Shown in pieces: positions 23,861-39,754 of a stretch of DNA of 64,000 nucleotides. The notes under the pieces are model-generated. The model saw nothing but the letters and a program-made list of their open reading frames with translations, was not told the DNA's origin and made no database searches. The DNA is taken from NCBI RefSeq assembly GCF_009914755.1, contig NC_060928.1; one strand, 5' to 3'. The stretch comes from the human T2T-CHM13v2.0 reference genome, Homo sapiens. A program made the translations under genes and the position numbers. Position 1 is the first letter of the stretch; each line of letters opens with the position of its first letter.

Positions 23861-25624
23861 GCTATACATTTTTAAAATTAAGGTTTTAGATAGTAAAAAT
23901 GGTTAATCTTTTCTCTTATTTCTTTTGAAATGTGAGTTTTAGGAAAATTTACCTCACTTTTAGGTTATAAAGGTATTTACTCCTATTTTCTTCTAGATCT
24001 TATATTGTTTATTTACATTTAAATCTCTCATCTAATTTGAATTTATTCTCATGTACAATATGAGAAACAGATCCAATTTTATCTTTATCTTAAGAGTATA
24101 CAGTTATAACAATGCTGCTTACCACAAAGTTCATATTTTCCTGACTTGTCACTTTTGTTATATACTAAACTGGAATGATTTTTTCAAATACCTTTGATTG
24201 CCATAAGGAAGGCACCAGCTACAGTTAGAATTAAGTAACCTCTGGGTTAGAAGGGATCTTCAGTGGTTTTTAATCTTGACTATATAACAAAATCACTTGG
24301 GATACTTATTAAAAGTATCTGGTGAGGGCTTGCATATTCTTGCTGTGTCCTCACATGGTGAAGGGGGCAAAAGGGATGAAAGCTGTGTCCTCACATGGCA
24401 GAAAAGGTGGGAGAGCCAGGCAGCCCTTATGACTCAATCACTTCCCCCAAAGCCCTACCACTTAATACCATCACAATAGGGATTAATTTTCAATGTGAAT
24501 TTTACAAGGACACAAACATTCAAACCATAGCACATGTATTTATCAGACCTTTAGGCAGGAGGTGGCTTCAAGGGATTCTTGAATGGATTAAGGAAATGTA
24601 TTTTTAATTAATTAATATGGCACTTATTTTCAACTGAAAAGTAGTAATACATATATTATGTACATAATGGAACCTCCATGTCTGCTTATTCTTAAGTGTT
24701 CATAGGGGTCTCTGTTCTCCTCAATACCAATAATGATAATTTGAGATCCCAAATGCAAGATGTCCAGCCATTGATTAAGCTCTCATTCATTCTGAAAGTA
24801 TTTCTGAGAATCCTAGAAGAGTCCACACACCTGTTTTGGTGGTGGCTGGTCCCCTGTGCCAGCTCTTCAGCTCCAGATTGCTCCATGGCAATTTACAACC
24901 TATACACACCTGTTTAAAAAATGCTCAAACAAGCTCTTTAATAGTCAGAAATTTTACATTATTCCTGTTCCTTGCCAACTTCCATTTCACTTCTGATTTT
25001 CCCACAGAATATTATCCTAATATAGGTATTTTTATTTCTGAAAGCCTTTTATTTGATCACTCTGTCATAGTTCTCTGCAACAAAAGTAGGTATGTAAATT
25101 AAGCTCTTTTTATGATCATGCCGCTGCACTTGAGTCTGGGTGACACAGCAAGACCCCATCGCTAAAAAATAAAAATAAAATAAAAATCTAAATACCAAAA
25201 ATTTATTCTGGTTTCAGTTATCATTACAATGATTGTTAATATCCCATTGGTCAAAACAACCTGTCTTACAATTGTTTATAAATAATTATTAAACACAAAT
25301 CATTCATTTCTTTGAAAAGCCTGTTCACCCACATTATATATGGTTCTGGTGGTGTGGTGCAGCCCCAGGCAGGGTATGGGTCCCAGGTTGGTTACGCTTG
25401 TGAAAGATTATTGAGTAACATTTGTGAAAAGAGGAAGAAGAATTGGGCACCAGCTAACCACACTGCTTGCAGCTGGGCAGCCAGTCTTTTCTTGAGGAAA
25501 ATCTGGGAGGTGCATTTCAATGCCAGCAGCAGTATTACCCAGGCTTAGCCCATCATAGAGCTCTATATCCTTGGAAACTGATTGGACCAAAAGATTGAGC
25601 GTGTGACCTTAGCAGGGCCAATTA

Positions 25625-25933
<309 letters not shown>

Positions 25934-26287
25934 CTACGTGGAGGAAGTCTTACTATAGCAGGGGAGAATGATTCCAATGTGCAGGCAGAGGAGAGGAGAG
26001 GAGGGCAGGGGAGGGGAGGGGGCAGAGGGGAGGGGAGGGGTGTGGGGGGAGGAGGGGAGGGGAAGGGAGTTCAAGGCCCTGGCTTCTGGTAGCTCTCCCT
26101 TAGATTCTATGACCTGCCCCGCAAATCCTCACAGCTACACGAGCCAAAAATTACCAACTTCTACCTCCCCTGCGGTGGCCCTTTTTTACTTTGGTTAAAT
26201 AAGGCCGGGCGCAGTGGCTCACATCTGTATTCCCAGCACTTTGGAAGGCGGAGGCAGGCGGATCACGAGGTCAAGAGATCGGCATCA

Positions 26288-26526
<239 letters not shown>

Positions 26527-26640
26527 TTACAGCTGAAAAACTCTTGAGCAATAATATACTTAAAATTACACCGTCCTGGTTGGGCGCGCTGGCTCACGCC
26601 TGTAATCCCAGCACTTTGGGAGGCCAAGGCGGGCGGATCA

Positions 26641-26907
<267 letters not shown>

Positions 26908-26963
26908 TACTGTCCTAGCAATGGAAAGTTGCTCTTTAAGAGATCAGCAAACATTGTTTCTTA

Positions 26964-27119
<156 letters not shown>

Positions 27120-27409
27120 CTACTAAAAATACAAAAATTAGCCTGGAGTGGTGGCACACTCATGTAATCCTAGCTACTTGGAAGGCTGAGGCAGGAGAAT
27201 GGCTTGAACCCGGAAGCTGAGGTTGCAGTGAGATTGCCGCACTGCACTCCAGCCTGGGTAACAGAGCAAGATCCTGTTTCAAAAGAAAAAAAACAAAAAA
27301 CACCTCATTGAGGGAAGATCGTTTTTTAGCATTCTACCCACAAGATCTTTGTGGTAACTGGCTATTGATTGAAGGATATATATGTTAGATATATGTTAGA
27401 AACATGAGA

Positions 27410-28712
27410 TAATTTTTTAAGTTTGAAACAATTTTGGACAGAAAAGTTGCAAGAATAGGCTAAAGCTCCCATATGTCCTTCACCTAGCTTCCCCTAAAAT
27501 TAACATCTCCTATAACCATAATACAATGATTAAAAATGGGAAATTAACATTGGTACAGTAATATACTAATGACTAATGACATTATTTGAATCTCAAGAGT
27601 TTTTCCATGAATGTTCTCTATTGGTTTGAGTATCTAATCCAGGATTCCACATTACATTTGTTGTCATCTCTCCTTAGTCTCCTCCATCTGGAGAAGTTCC
27701 TCAGTTTTTCCTTATCTTTCATGACTGACATATTTGAAGAATACTGGTCTGCTATTTTGTAGAATATATCTCAATTTGGGTTTCTCTGCCATTTTCTCAG
27801 TAATCATATCAGATCATATATGATGTCAATGTGTTTTATTACTGGTGATGTTAACCTTGATCACTTGGCTAAGGTGGGGTTTGTCTGTCTCCACTATAAA
27901 GTTACTATTTTCCCCTTTGTAATCAATAAACATCTTGGATGAGCTACTTGAAACTATGCAAATATCCTGTTTCTCCTGTCACTTTCACTTACTAATTTTA
28001 GTTTCCTTGGTAGATTTTGCTTGCAAAAGTAATTTTCTATTTCCTCATTTTTTGTTCATTCATTAATTAAAATTATTCTGCAAGGAAAAGTTCTTCCTTT
28101 TTTCCCGTTTATTTACCCATTAGATTATTTATTTACTTATTTTATTCTCTGGATTATAATCTAATACTATCATTATTTATTTTATTGCTCAAAGTGTTCC
28201 CACTTTGGCTATTGAGAGGTCCTTTGGCTTGGCTCCTGTGTCCTTTTCACATGCTCTCATCCATTATGAGCACTTTCTTGCTCTCTGGCATCACAAGATA
28301 CTCCAGGTTCATCTTGTATTTTCCCTTCCCCAGCCCTGGAATTAACCTCTTCCTCAAGGAGCCTTGGTTCTTTGTGCTGGAGAATGGTATTTAGAAACCA
28401 AGATTTAGTTGCTAGCTGGGCTCATTGCTGTTGGGTTATCAGTGCTTTTAGGCCACTTCAGTACAGCTAGGATAAGTATGTATATTTACATATATACGTG
28501 AATATGTATACATACATGCTGCATACATACATCTCTATCCTATCTATCCATCTATCTTCATCATCATCATCATTTTCTGTCCAATCTTAAAATGATTTCA
28601 GAATTGCTAATGCATACCTCTATGAGAAGCAAATTTACTAATTAGATTACAGAGTTTGTGTACAGTTCCTTTCATCTTTAGCCTCACAATATCCAGTCAA
28701 AATACTGTTTTC
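27410..28712 (-). mobile_element. Old L1M (L1MC/MB-like) 3' fragment
   Basis: cagaaaagttgcaagaatag...atccaggattccacattacatttg...cctggaattaacctcttcctcaaggagccttgg motifs. Confidence 0.6.
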
Positions 28713-28856
28713 CAGGCTGGGCATGGTGGCTCACGACTGTAATCCCAGCACTTTGGGAGGCCGAGGTAGGCAGATCACGAGGTCAGGAGATCGAGACCAG
28801 CCTGGCCAACATGGTGAAATCCTGTCTCTACTAAAAATACAAAAATTAGCCAGTCA

Positions 28857-29099
<243 letters not shown>

Positions 29100-29149
29100 T
29101 CAGGAGATCAAGACCATCCTGGCTAACATGGTGAAACCCGTCTCTACTA

Positions 29150-29400
<251 letters not shown>

Positions 29401-29484
29401 CTAAATCCAAAGAAATCTAAATGTAAAGAAATTATGATATATTCTTTTTCTGTCATCACTAATCTGTGGTCTATATTTACATAA

Positions 29485-29952
<468 letters not shown>

Positions 29953-30096
29953 TAGATTCTGGTGCAATTCAAGCTCATGCCAGCAACCTGAGTCACTTTA
30001 TGTCTGATGGAAGTATCTTCCCAGAAGGTTACAACTGAGAATATGGTTTTATGATTAGGAGTATGTGTTATGGAAGAAGTTATGACATTTGTTATA

Positions 30097-30210
30097 AAAT
30101 TGTAGATATATCTACAATTGTAGATTAAATTGTAGATATATCTACAATTGTAGATTAAATTGTAGATAAACAATTTATCTACAATTTAAATTAAAATTGT
30201 AGATATATCT
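30097..30210. repeat. Palindromic 30-bp minisatellite
   Basis: Unit aaattgtagatatatctacaattgtagatt occurs about 2.5 times plus variants. Each full unit contains a 22-bp perfect palindrome. Confidence 0.9.
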
Positions 30211-31042
30211 TTATTGTGGAGCCCCTAACTACAGATTAAATTCCTGACCACCTTCTGCAGCCAGATGGAAGACTTCATTTTGGTGATGGGGGACACTGTC
30301 TCCGTACTCAATAGCTGTGGAGTTGTAGATAGGCTGTGCTTTCTTCATGAAATCTGGGAACTCTTGTTAGGGAGAGGCTATGAAATAGAAACCCACTTAG
30401 GTACTCCCTCCCCGCTCCCACCTAAGCAAAACAAGATAGAAAGAAACAAAAGTCTAAGGGCAGAGATATAAATAGCCCTTATAAATGACTGGAACCAGGA
30501 ACTGGAACAGGGTTGGGACTACCTGTGTTTGTTCTTTTTAATTGCTGACTGGCTTTTCTGAAATAGGGAGTAGTGTTAAGGCCCTGGGTAATCAGTCACT
30601 TAAAATGACAGGATTCCTATCTATAGGCTGGAGCAGAAACTGCAAAGATTCAGCCTGTGACAGCACGGGCTTGTCTGGCACTTGGGAAAAGTGTGATGCA
30701 GGTGCAGTTGCCCCAGAGTGTCCCTTGGTCCTTGTCCATTGGCTTAGTAGGAACCTGGGATCTTAGCTATGTGTTAATAACTTGACTGACATCATACCAC
30801 TGATACTGTTGGACTCGGTTCTGTTATTGGACCCTGGACCCTCCAGAGATCTTGAACCTCCTCTTCAATATCAAGGAAGCCTCCTGATTCTTCTTACCTT
30901 CCTTCCCACCCCAACCAGGAAAGGAAACCAAGGTGTATATGAGAAAATGTAACTATGATGGAAGTTTCCAGAGGCTTTTGAAAACTTTAATTATTGTGCA
31001 AACCTGCCAATTCTTGACCAAGGGAAAAAAAAGAACAGTATA

Positions 31043-31379
<337 letters not shown>

Positions 31380-31777
31380 CTACGGAAGCTAGTAATTTGA
31401 TACACCTTAAAACTTAAAAATATTTGTTCAACATTCTAGCCTTTTCTCTACAATATCATGGAGAAATTTAATCTTTATTTAAAGTTGAAAACAAGGCCGG
31501 GCGCGGTGGCTCACACCTGTAATCCCAGCACTTTGGGTGGCTGCGGGCGGGCGGATCACAAGGTCAGGAGATCGAGACCATCCTGGCTAACACGGTGAAA
31601 CCCCGTCTCTACTAAAAATACAAAAAAATTAGCCGGGTGTGGTGGCAGGCGTCTGTAGTCCCAGCTACTCAGAAGGCTGAGGCAGGAGAACCGCGTGAAC
31701 CCGGGAGGCGGAGCTTGCAGTGAGCCGAGATTGCGCCACTGTACTCTAGTCTGGGCGACAGAGTGAGACTCCATCTC

Positions 31778-31809
<32 letters not shown>

Positions 31810-32528
31810 GAAAACAATTTAGGATACGAATGATGGTAAATTATAGTAACTACTTAAAAACTTAAAAATTGCAAGATTTAGGCCAGGTGTTGTGGCTAAC
31901 GCCTGTAATCCCAACATTTTGGGAGGCCTAGGTGGGAGGATTGCTTGAGTTCAGGAGTTTAAGACCAGCCTGGGCAACATAGGGACACCTCATATCTACA
32001 AATAATAATAATAATAAATTAGCCAGGCATAGTGGTGCACGCCTGTGATCCTAGCTACTCAGGAGGCTAAGGTAGGAGGATCACCTGAGCCCAGGAGGCA
32101 GAGGTTGCAGTGAGCTAAAATCATGCTACTGCACTCCAGTCTGGAAGACAGAGCAAGACCATATCTCAGAAAAAAAAAGTTTTCATTTTTCTTTAAAGTA
32201 GTACATATAAATGATTAAATATTTTCAAATAATAAAGAAGGATTTATAATGAAAAGCAGCAGTCTCCTCCCCTACTTTTCCATGGTCTCAATCCTGCTAC
32301 ATAGAGGGAACTACTTTTAATTCTTTTAATTGTTTCTGTTTCTTTTTTTAGTTTTTCTGGGATTTATCTTCATGTCTCTGAATAACATATTATACTCTTA
32401 TGTCTTGGTTAATAATTTTAGATGTTAACTATGACTTTCTGCATGATAGAGGAAGATTAAGCTCATTTACAGAGTCACCCTTCTCCCCCCCAATAAAACT
32501 ACAGCACTATTTTTAATTCCTACTTTAA

Positions 32529-32756
<228 letters not shown>

Positions 32757-34469
32757 TAGCCAGGCTGGTCTCAGACTCCTGACCTCAAGTGATCTGCCCA
32801 CCTCGGCCTCCCAAAGTGCTGGGATTGCAGACGTGAGTCACTGCACTCCACCCAATTCCCTTATAACTTTAAATACCTGACTGGACCTTTATCCTTGGCT
32901 TCTTCTACTTTAGACAGTATCCCTTGGCTTCCCATTTTAGGAGGTGAGCAGTGTCCTTACCTTCCCTTCCTTCTCTTACCCTCATTTCTACTGCCCAACT
33001 TCTGTCATCTGTGTTTTTGATATTTTATATTATATATTCAAAGCTTTTATATATTTTCAAAGTTGATAAAACTTTACATCTCATTCTGTAACCATAATTA
33101 AGTCATTTGTACTTTGCCTCATGGCTGAATTTAGTTTAAAAAGCAATAGTAACATTATTGTGACTATGTGACTATTGCTAAGGGCAGACCCAAGCTTCAT
33201 TTCCCATCATCTATTTGATAAATACTTATGTAGCCTTTATTAATTGTGGGACACTCTTCTAATTACTCTGTTAACTAACTCAATCTTCAACAATAGCCCT
33301 GTGAGGAAGCATTAACCTTGGGCAAGTTGCTTCACAGCTCATAAAATAAGATTAATAATAAATAACAATAAAGTTAACTGATGAGGTCAGGACATTTTTT
33401 TTCTTCTGAAGTTTCAGATCCTTTTTCTTTGTTTCCTTACCTTACCTATCTTAATCATTTCCTCAATGCTAGTTGCAAATCTTTGGAATTGTTTTCCCTG
33501 CGTAGCTTCTCCCTGAAACCTCTACCCTCTTGCTCCAATTTGGATGGATTCTTCTCTAGACTTGCTGTGCTTCTGTCCATCTGAAACTTTTCTTTATTGT
33601 TTCCTGGGGTTATATAGATTTCTAGACATCCTCTTTCATTGGCTTATTCTCTCATTTGGCTGGGTGACATATGAATGTGACCTCCTAAGATGGGGTGGGA
33701 GTGAGAAGTACATTTTCTGAGTCCTTCTGTGTCTGAACATATTTCTATTTTTCCATTTCATTTTATGGTTTGATTACATTTAAAATTCTGTGTTTTGAAA
33801 ATTTCCTATCTGTGGGGTGAACTAGAAGTGGGGACTCAATCAAGTCTAAAGAAGTCAAGAAAGAAGAGGGGAAAGACAGAGAAATAGAAAAAGAAATAAA
33901 TAGAAAGCACAAAATAAGATGGCAGATTTTTCTCCCCAAACGTAACAGCAAGCACATTAAATACCTCAGTTAAAACACAAAAATTGCCATATCAGATTTT
34001 AAAAGTGAACAAATACATCTAGCTGTATGTTCTTATCAAGATTTGCCCCAGCATACTACATAGAACCTTAGTAGGTCAAAAGATGGATAATGGTCTACCA
34101 GGGAATGAACTGAAAGTAAGTTGCTGTGGCTATATTAATATCAGACAAATAATATTATATTGTAGTGAAAGTGAATGAACTTTAGCTTTCCGGATCAATA
34201 TGGGTGAGCTCAAAAATATAACAATGAGTGGAAAAAAGCAAGTCAGAGGAAAACATATGGTATTTGATGATGTTTATAGAAATTCCATATAATGAATACA
34301 TGTTATATGATAACATATACTTTTAAATCAAAAGTATGTTGGTCAGCAATACCTGCATATGTGGTGAAACTGTAAGGAAAATCAAGGAAATTGTAGTGCA
34401 AAATTCAGATTGCCTCTGAAAGAGAGGATGGGATCAGGGCAGGGCGCTCCAGGGTGTCATCGGTACTGG

Positions 34470-34966
34470 TGTTACCAGTGGAGGGTGTCCAGGTTCTTGG
34501 ATCCTAAACAAAGAATTGGACAAAATGCACACACAAGGCAAGGAAAGAATGAAGAAATTTATTGAAAATGAAAGTACACTCCATAGTGTGGGAGCGGTCC
34601 TGAGCATAGAGGCTCAAGGGCCCCATTACAGAATTTTTGGGAGTTTAAATACCATCTAGAGGATTCCATTGGTTGCTTGGTGTACGCTCTATGTAAATGA
34701 AGAGATTGAAGGAAAGTTACAAAGTCGTTTACTTGGTCTATGCCCTATGGAGAGGACATTTCCTGTCATAGTGAAGCAGCACCGTTGTCTGGGGTAAATA
34801 CCTGGGATTCGTCATCTCGCCCGTAGAAGATTAACAACACAGACACACACACGGAATGTGCTAAGGAGTGGAAAGTTTAATAGGCAGAAGAAAGGATAGA
34901 GGAGAGCAGCCCCCTCTCTCTCGTGAGAGAGGTGTCCGAAAAGGGAAAAGTGGCGCACTGCAGCAG
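34470..34966 (-). mobile_element. Two nested ERV1 LTR fragments (LTR19-like 34470-34770; MER50/LTR9-group 34772-34966), truncated at an Alu
   Basis: tgttaccagtggagggtgtccaggttcttgg... and tgaagcagcaccgttgtctggggtaaatacc... are typical reverse-strand ERV1 LTR ends. Subfamilies are uncertain. Confidence 0.6.
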
Positions 34967-35611
34967 AATTTTTTTTTTTTTGAGACAGAGTCTCTCTCTG
35001 TCACCCAGGTTGGAGTGAAATGGCATGATCTCAGCTCACTGCAACCTCCTCCTCCCAGGTTCAAGCAATTCTCCTGCCTCAGCCTCCTGAGTAGCTAGGA
35101 TTATAGGCACCCGCCTCCAGGCCTGGCTAATTTTTTGTATTTTTAGTACAGATGAGGTTTCACCATGTTGGCCAGGCTGGTCTTGAACTCCTGACCTCAG
35201 GTGATCCACCTGCCTCAGCCTCCCAAAATTACAAGTGTGAGCTACTGTGCCTGGCCATGATATTCTTAATATGACACAGCCAAGGTTTTTCCCCCTAGTC
35301 GCTTGTTCTAACTCTTGGAAAACAGATGACAAAATGTTCTTATATCAACCCTCTTGCCCCTGAGCCACTGATTGGGCTTAGTTTTGAAAGTTTTCATATG
35401 TTTTCACTGGCATTTCCCAGCACTAAAAACCCTGGTACCTAGAACTAGAGTGTTGTAAGCATAGTTTTTTTATTTTCTTCTTAGTCCTGGGGTCTAAGGA
35501 CTATGACCTGTTGCAGTTTACCTTCACCTTGATTCAGAAGTTGATACAATCCCTGTATGGTGGAGGACCCCCCACTCCTCTTTCTCTGTTTGTTATTCAG
35601 TTCTGCCCACT

Positions 35612-37924
35612 TGTATTAGTCTGTTTTCATGCTGCTGATAAAGACATACCTAAGACTGGGCAATTTACAAAAGAAAGAGGTTTATTGGACTTACAGTTCC
35701 ATGTGGCTGGGGAAGCCTCACAATCATGGCAGAAGGTGAAAGGCATGTCTCACATGGAGGCAGACAACAGAAGAGAACTTGTGCAGGGAAACTCCTGTTT
35801 TTAAAACCATCAGATCTTGTGAGACTCATTCACTATCATGAGGACTGTGCAGGAAAGACCCATCCCCATAATTCAATCACCTCCCACTGGGTTCCTCCCA
35901 TGACATGTGGGGATTGTGGGAGTTATAATTCAACGTGAGATTTGGCTGGGGACGGAGCCAAACCATATCATGTTGCTCCTGGCCCTCCAAAATCTCATGT
36001 CCTCACATTTCAAAACCAATCGTGCCTTCCTAACAGTCCCCCCAAAGTCTTAACTCATTTCACCATTAACTCAAAAGCCCACAGTCCAACATCTCATCTG
36101 AAACAAAGCAAATCCCTTCTGCCTATGAGCTGGAAAGATTGTAAAATAAAAAGCAAATTAGTTACTTCCTAGATACGATGGGAGTACAGGCATTGGGTAA
36201 ATACAGCCATTGCAAATGGGAGAAATTGGCCAAAACAAAGGGGCTACCGGGGCCATACAAGTCCGAAATCCAGCAGGGCAGGCAAACCTTAAAGCTCCAA
36301 AATGATCTCCTTTGACTTCATGTCTCATATCCAGGTCACACTGATGCAAGAAGGGGGTTCCCATGGTCTTGGGCAGTTCAGCCCCTGTTACAGCCTCCCT
36401 CCTAGATGCTTTCGCCTCCCTCCCAGATGCTTTCACGGGCTGGTGTTGAGTGTTTGCAGCTTTTCCAAGTGGACAGTGTAAGCTGTCAGTGGATCTACCA
36501 TTCTGGGCTCCGGAGGATGGTGGCCCTCTTCTCACAGCTTCACTAGGCAGTGTCCAAGTAGGGACTCTGTGTGGGAGCTCCAATCCCACATTTCCCTTCT
36601 GCACTAGCAGAAGGGTTCTCCACAAGAGCCCTGCCCTTGCAGCAGACCTCTGCTTGGACATCCAGGCATTTCCATACATCTTCTGAAATCTAGGTGGAGG
36701 TTCCCAAACCTCAATTCTTGACATCTGTGTACTCACAGACTCAACACCACGTGGAAGCTGCCAAAGCTTGAGGCTTGCACCCTCTGAAGCCACGGCCTGA
36801 GCTCTGTGTTGGCCCCTTTTAGCCATGGCTGGAGCAGCTGGGCCTCAGGGCACCAAGTCCCTAGGCTGCACACAGCATGGGGACCCTGGGCCCAGCCCAT
36901 GAAACTGCTTTTTCCTCCTAGGCCTCTGGGCCTGTGATGGGAGGGGCTGCCGTGAAAACCTCTGACATGACCTGGAGACATTTTCCCTGTTGTCTTGGGT
37001 ATTAACATCCGACGCCTCATTCCTTATGCAAATTTCTGCAGCTGGCTTGAATTTCTCCTCAGAAAAAGGGTTTTTCTTTTCTATTGCATTGTCAGGCTGC
37101 AAATTTTCCAAACTTTTATGCTCTGTTTCCCTTATAAAACTAAATGCCTTTAACAGCACCCAAGTCACCTCTTGAATGCTTTGCTGCTTAGAAATTTCTT
37201 CCGCTAGATACCCTAAATCATCTCTCTCAAGTTCAAAATTCCACAAATCTCTAGGGCAGGGGCAAAATGCCACCAGTCTCTTTGCTAAAACATAAGAAGA
37301 GTCACCTTTGCTCCAGTTCCCAACAAGTTCCTCATCTCCATCTGAGACCATCTCAGCCTGGACTTTATTGTTCATATCACTATTGGCATTTTTGTCAAAG
37401 CCATTCAACAAATCTCTAGGAAGTTCCAAAATTTCCCACATTTTCTTGTCTTCTTCTGAGCCCTCCAAACTGTTCCAACCTCTGCCTGTTACCCCATTCC
37501 AAAGTTGCTTCCACATTTTCAGGTATCTTTTCAGCAACACCTGACTCTACTGGTACCAATTTACTGTATTAGTTCATTTTCAAGCTGCTGATAAAGACAT
37601 ACCCGAGACTGGGCAATTTACAAAGAAAGAAGTTTAATGGAGAACTCACAGTTCCACGTTGCTCAGGAAGCTTCACAATTTTGGTGGAAGGCAAGTCATA
37701 TCTTATGTGGATGGCAGCAGGCAAAGGGAGGACTTGTGCAGAGAAACTCCCATTTTTAAAACCATCAGATCTTGGGGGACTCATTCACTATCACAAGAAC
37801 AGTGCAGGAAAGACCTGTCCCCAAAATTCAATCACCTCCCACTGGGTTCCTCGCATGACACGTGGGAACTGTGAGAGTTAAACTCAAGATGAGATTTGGG
37901 TGGGGACACAGCCAAACCATATCA
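35612..37924 (-). mobile_element. Full-length THE1 (THE1A/B-type MaLR) element: 3' LTR 35612-35970, internal 35971-37564, 5' LTR 37565-37924
   Basis: Both LTRs run tgtattagt...aaccatatca. Perfect 5-bp TSD ccact (35607-35611, 37925-37929). Internal MaLR ORF remnants at 36845-37540 and 36158-36826. Confidence 0.96.
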
Positions 37925-38547
37925 CCACTTCTCCAGGCCCTTCACACTCTGGGTCCCCAGAATCTACAACCATCATGAAATGGTTTTAACAAGATGAGAT
38001 CAGTAAACACAAAACTACCAACTAATGCCCAACCCAGCTCTCCTACCCAAGGACAGGATACTTTTCCTCTCTATGTAGATCCATATGCCTTGACTCATAT
38101 GCTGCCAAACTTTCTCACCTTCCACAGCTGTGGTGCTGCCCGGTCATGCTGTATCCCATGGTTTTGAGTCCTTCCCTCACCAAGACCCTGTCTCTAGACC
38201 CAGGCCTCTGTTTCCTGATACAGACAGAAGTAGCTGGATTGTCTGGATTTTCAGATCTGGATAAAGCTAGACCCTAAAAAGTAAATGTCAGGAGAAAACA
38301 ACAGGAACAAAAAGAGTTATTTTTGGTAAGAGAGAAATGAAAAAATGAGGCAAATCAGAATTTCTGCTAAACAGTGGACAATTACTTCCCACAGGTGTCA
38401 GAGAACAGGACATATCTACAGAGGACACACATACATATAAATTTAGTCATTTCCCCTTAGTTTATAGTGATAAACATTTTGTATTCAAATGACAAATTAG
38501 TACTTTCATGGTGAATTTACTTTTTGTTAAGTGTTTCAGAGTTGTAA

Positions 38548-38821
<274 letters not shown>

Positions 38822-39640
38822 TAGCCAGGATGGTCTCGATCTCCTGACCTTGTGATCCGCCCACTTTGGCCTCCCGAAGTGCTGGGATTACAGGTGTGAG
38901 CCACCGCACCCATCCACTTTCTACCATTCTTAAACAAAAATTCCATATGTTCTCATCTATTAAAGTCCTGAAATTGAAACTAAGAAGAGTAATCAGGCAG
39001 AAAAACCCCAAATTCTCAGAAATAAAAATGAAGTGAGAGAGTGAGAGAGAGGAAGGGAAGGAGGAGAGGAAATGATATAGGAGGAGGAGAAAGCTTGAGT
39101 GCAACACATAACTCAGAGTTTGCTTGGGGACATGTTGAGTTTGAGACGCCCATGAGACACCCAAGTAGAGACATTTAGCTGAAATTTGAACACAGGAGCT
39201 CAGAATGGTCTGGGATGGAGATATACATTTCGAAATCATCAGCATCCAGCTGACAGTTAAAACTGTAAGAGGATGAGATTGCTCAGGAGCAGTGTGAGAG
39301 TGTGGAGAGCAGGGGCCATGGTCAGAGCCGAGGGTGGCCCCATAGGCAGGGGCTGGCAAAGGCAGAAGAGCCTGGAGAGGAATTCACGCCTCACCAATCC
39401 CCTTGCCAGTGTGTGAAGTCAAGCATATTGCTTGGCCTTTCTCAGCTGCAGATTCCTCACCACTAAAGTGGAGATAAGGGCTGGTGCAATGGCTCACACC
39501 TGTAATCTTAACACTTTTGGAGGCCAAGGTAGGAGGATCACTTGAGGCCAGGAGTTTCAGACCAGCCTGGGCAACGTGGCAAGATTCCCTCTGCACAAAA
39601 AAATACTTTTTATTTAATTAGCCAGGCATGGTGACATTCA

Positions 39641-39754
<114 letters not shown>

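Noticed and set aside
24341-24397. Direct repeat gctgtgtcctcacatgg
   Set aside because: Lies within a MaLR (MST/MLT1) LTR fragment, where this internal repeat is a usual feature.
30097-30210. Palindromic direct repeats as a CRISPR-like array
   Set aside because: No unique spacers and no cas genes, in human genomic context. It is a simple minisatellite.
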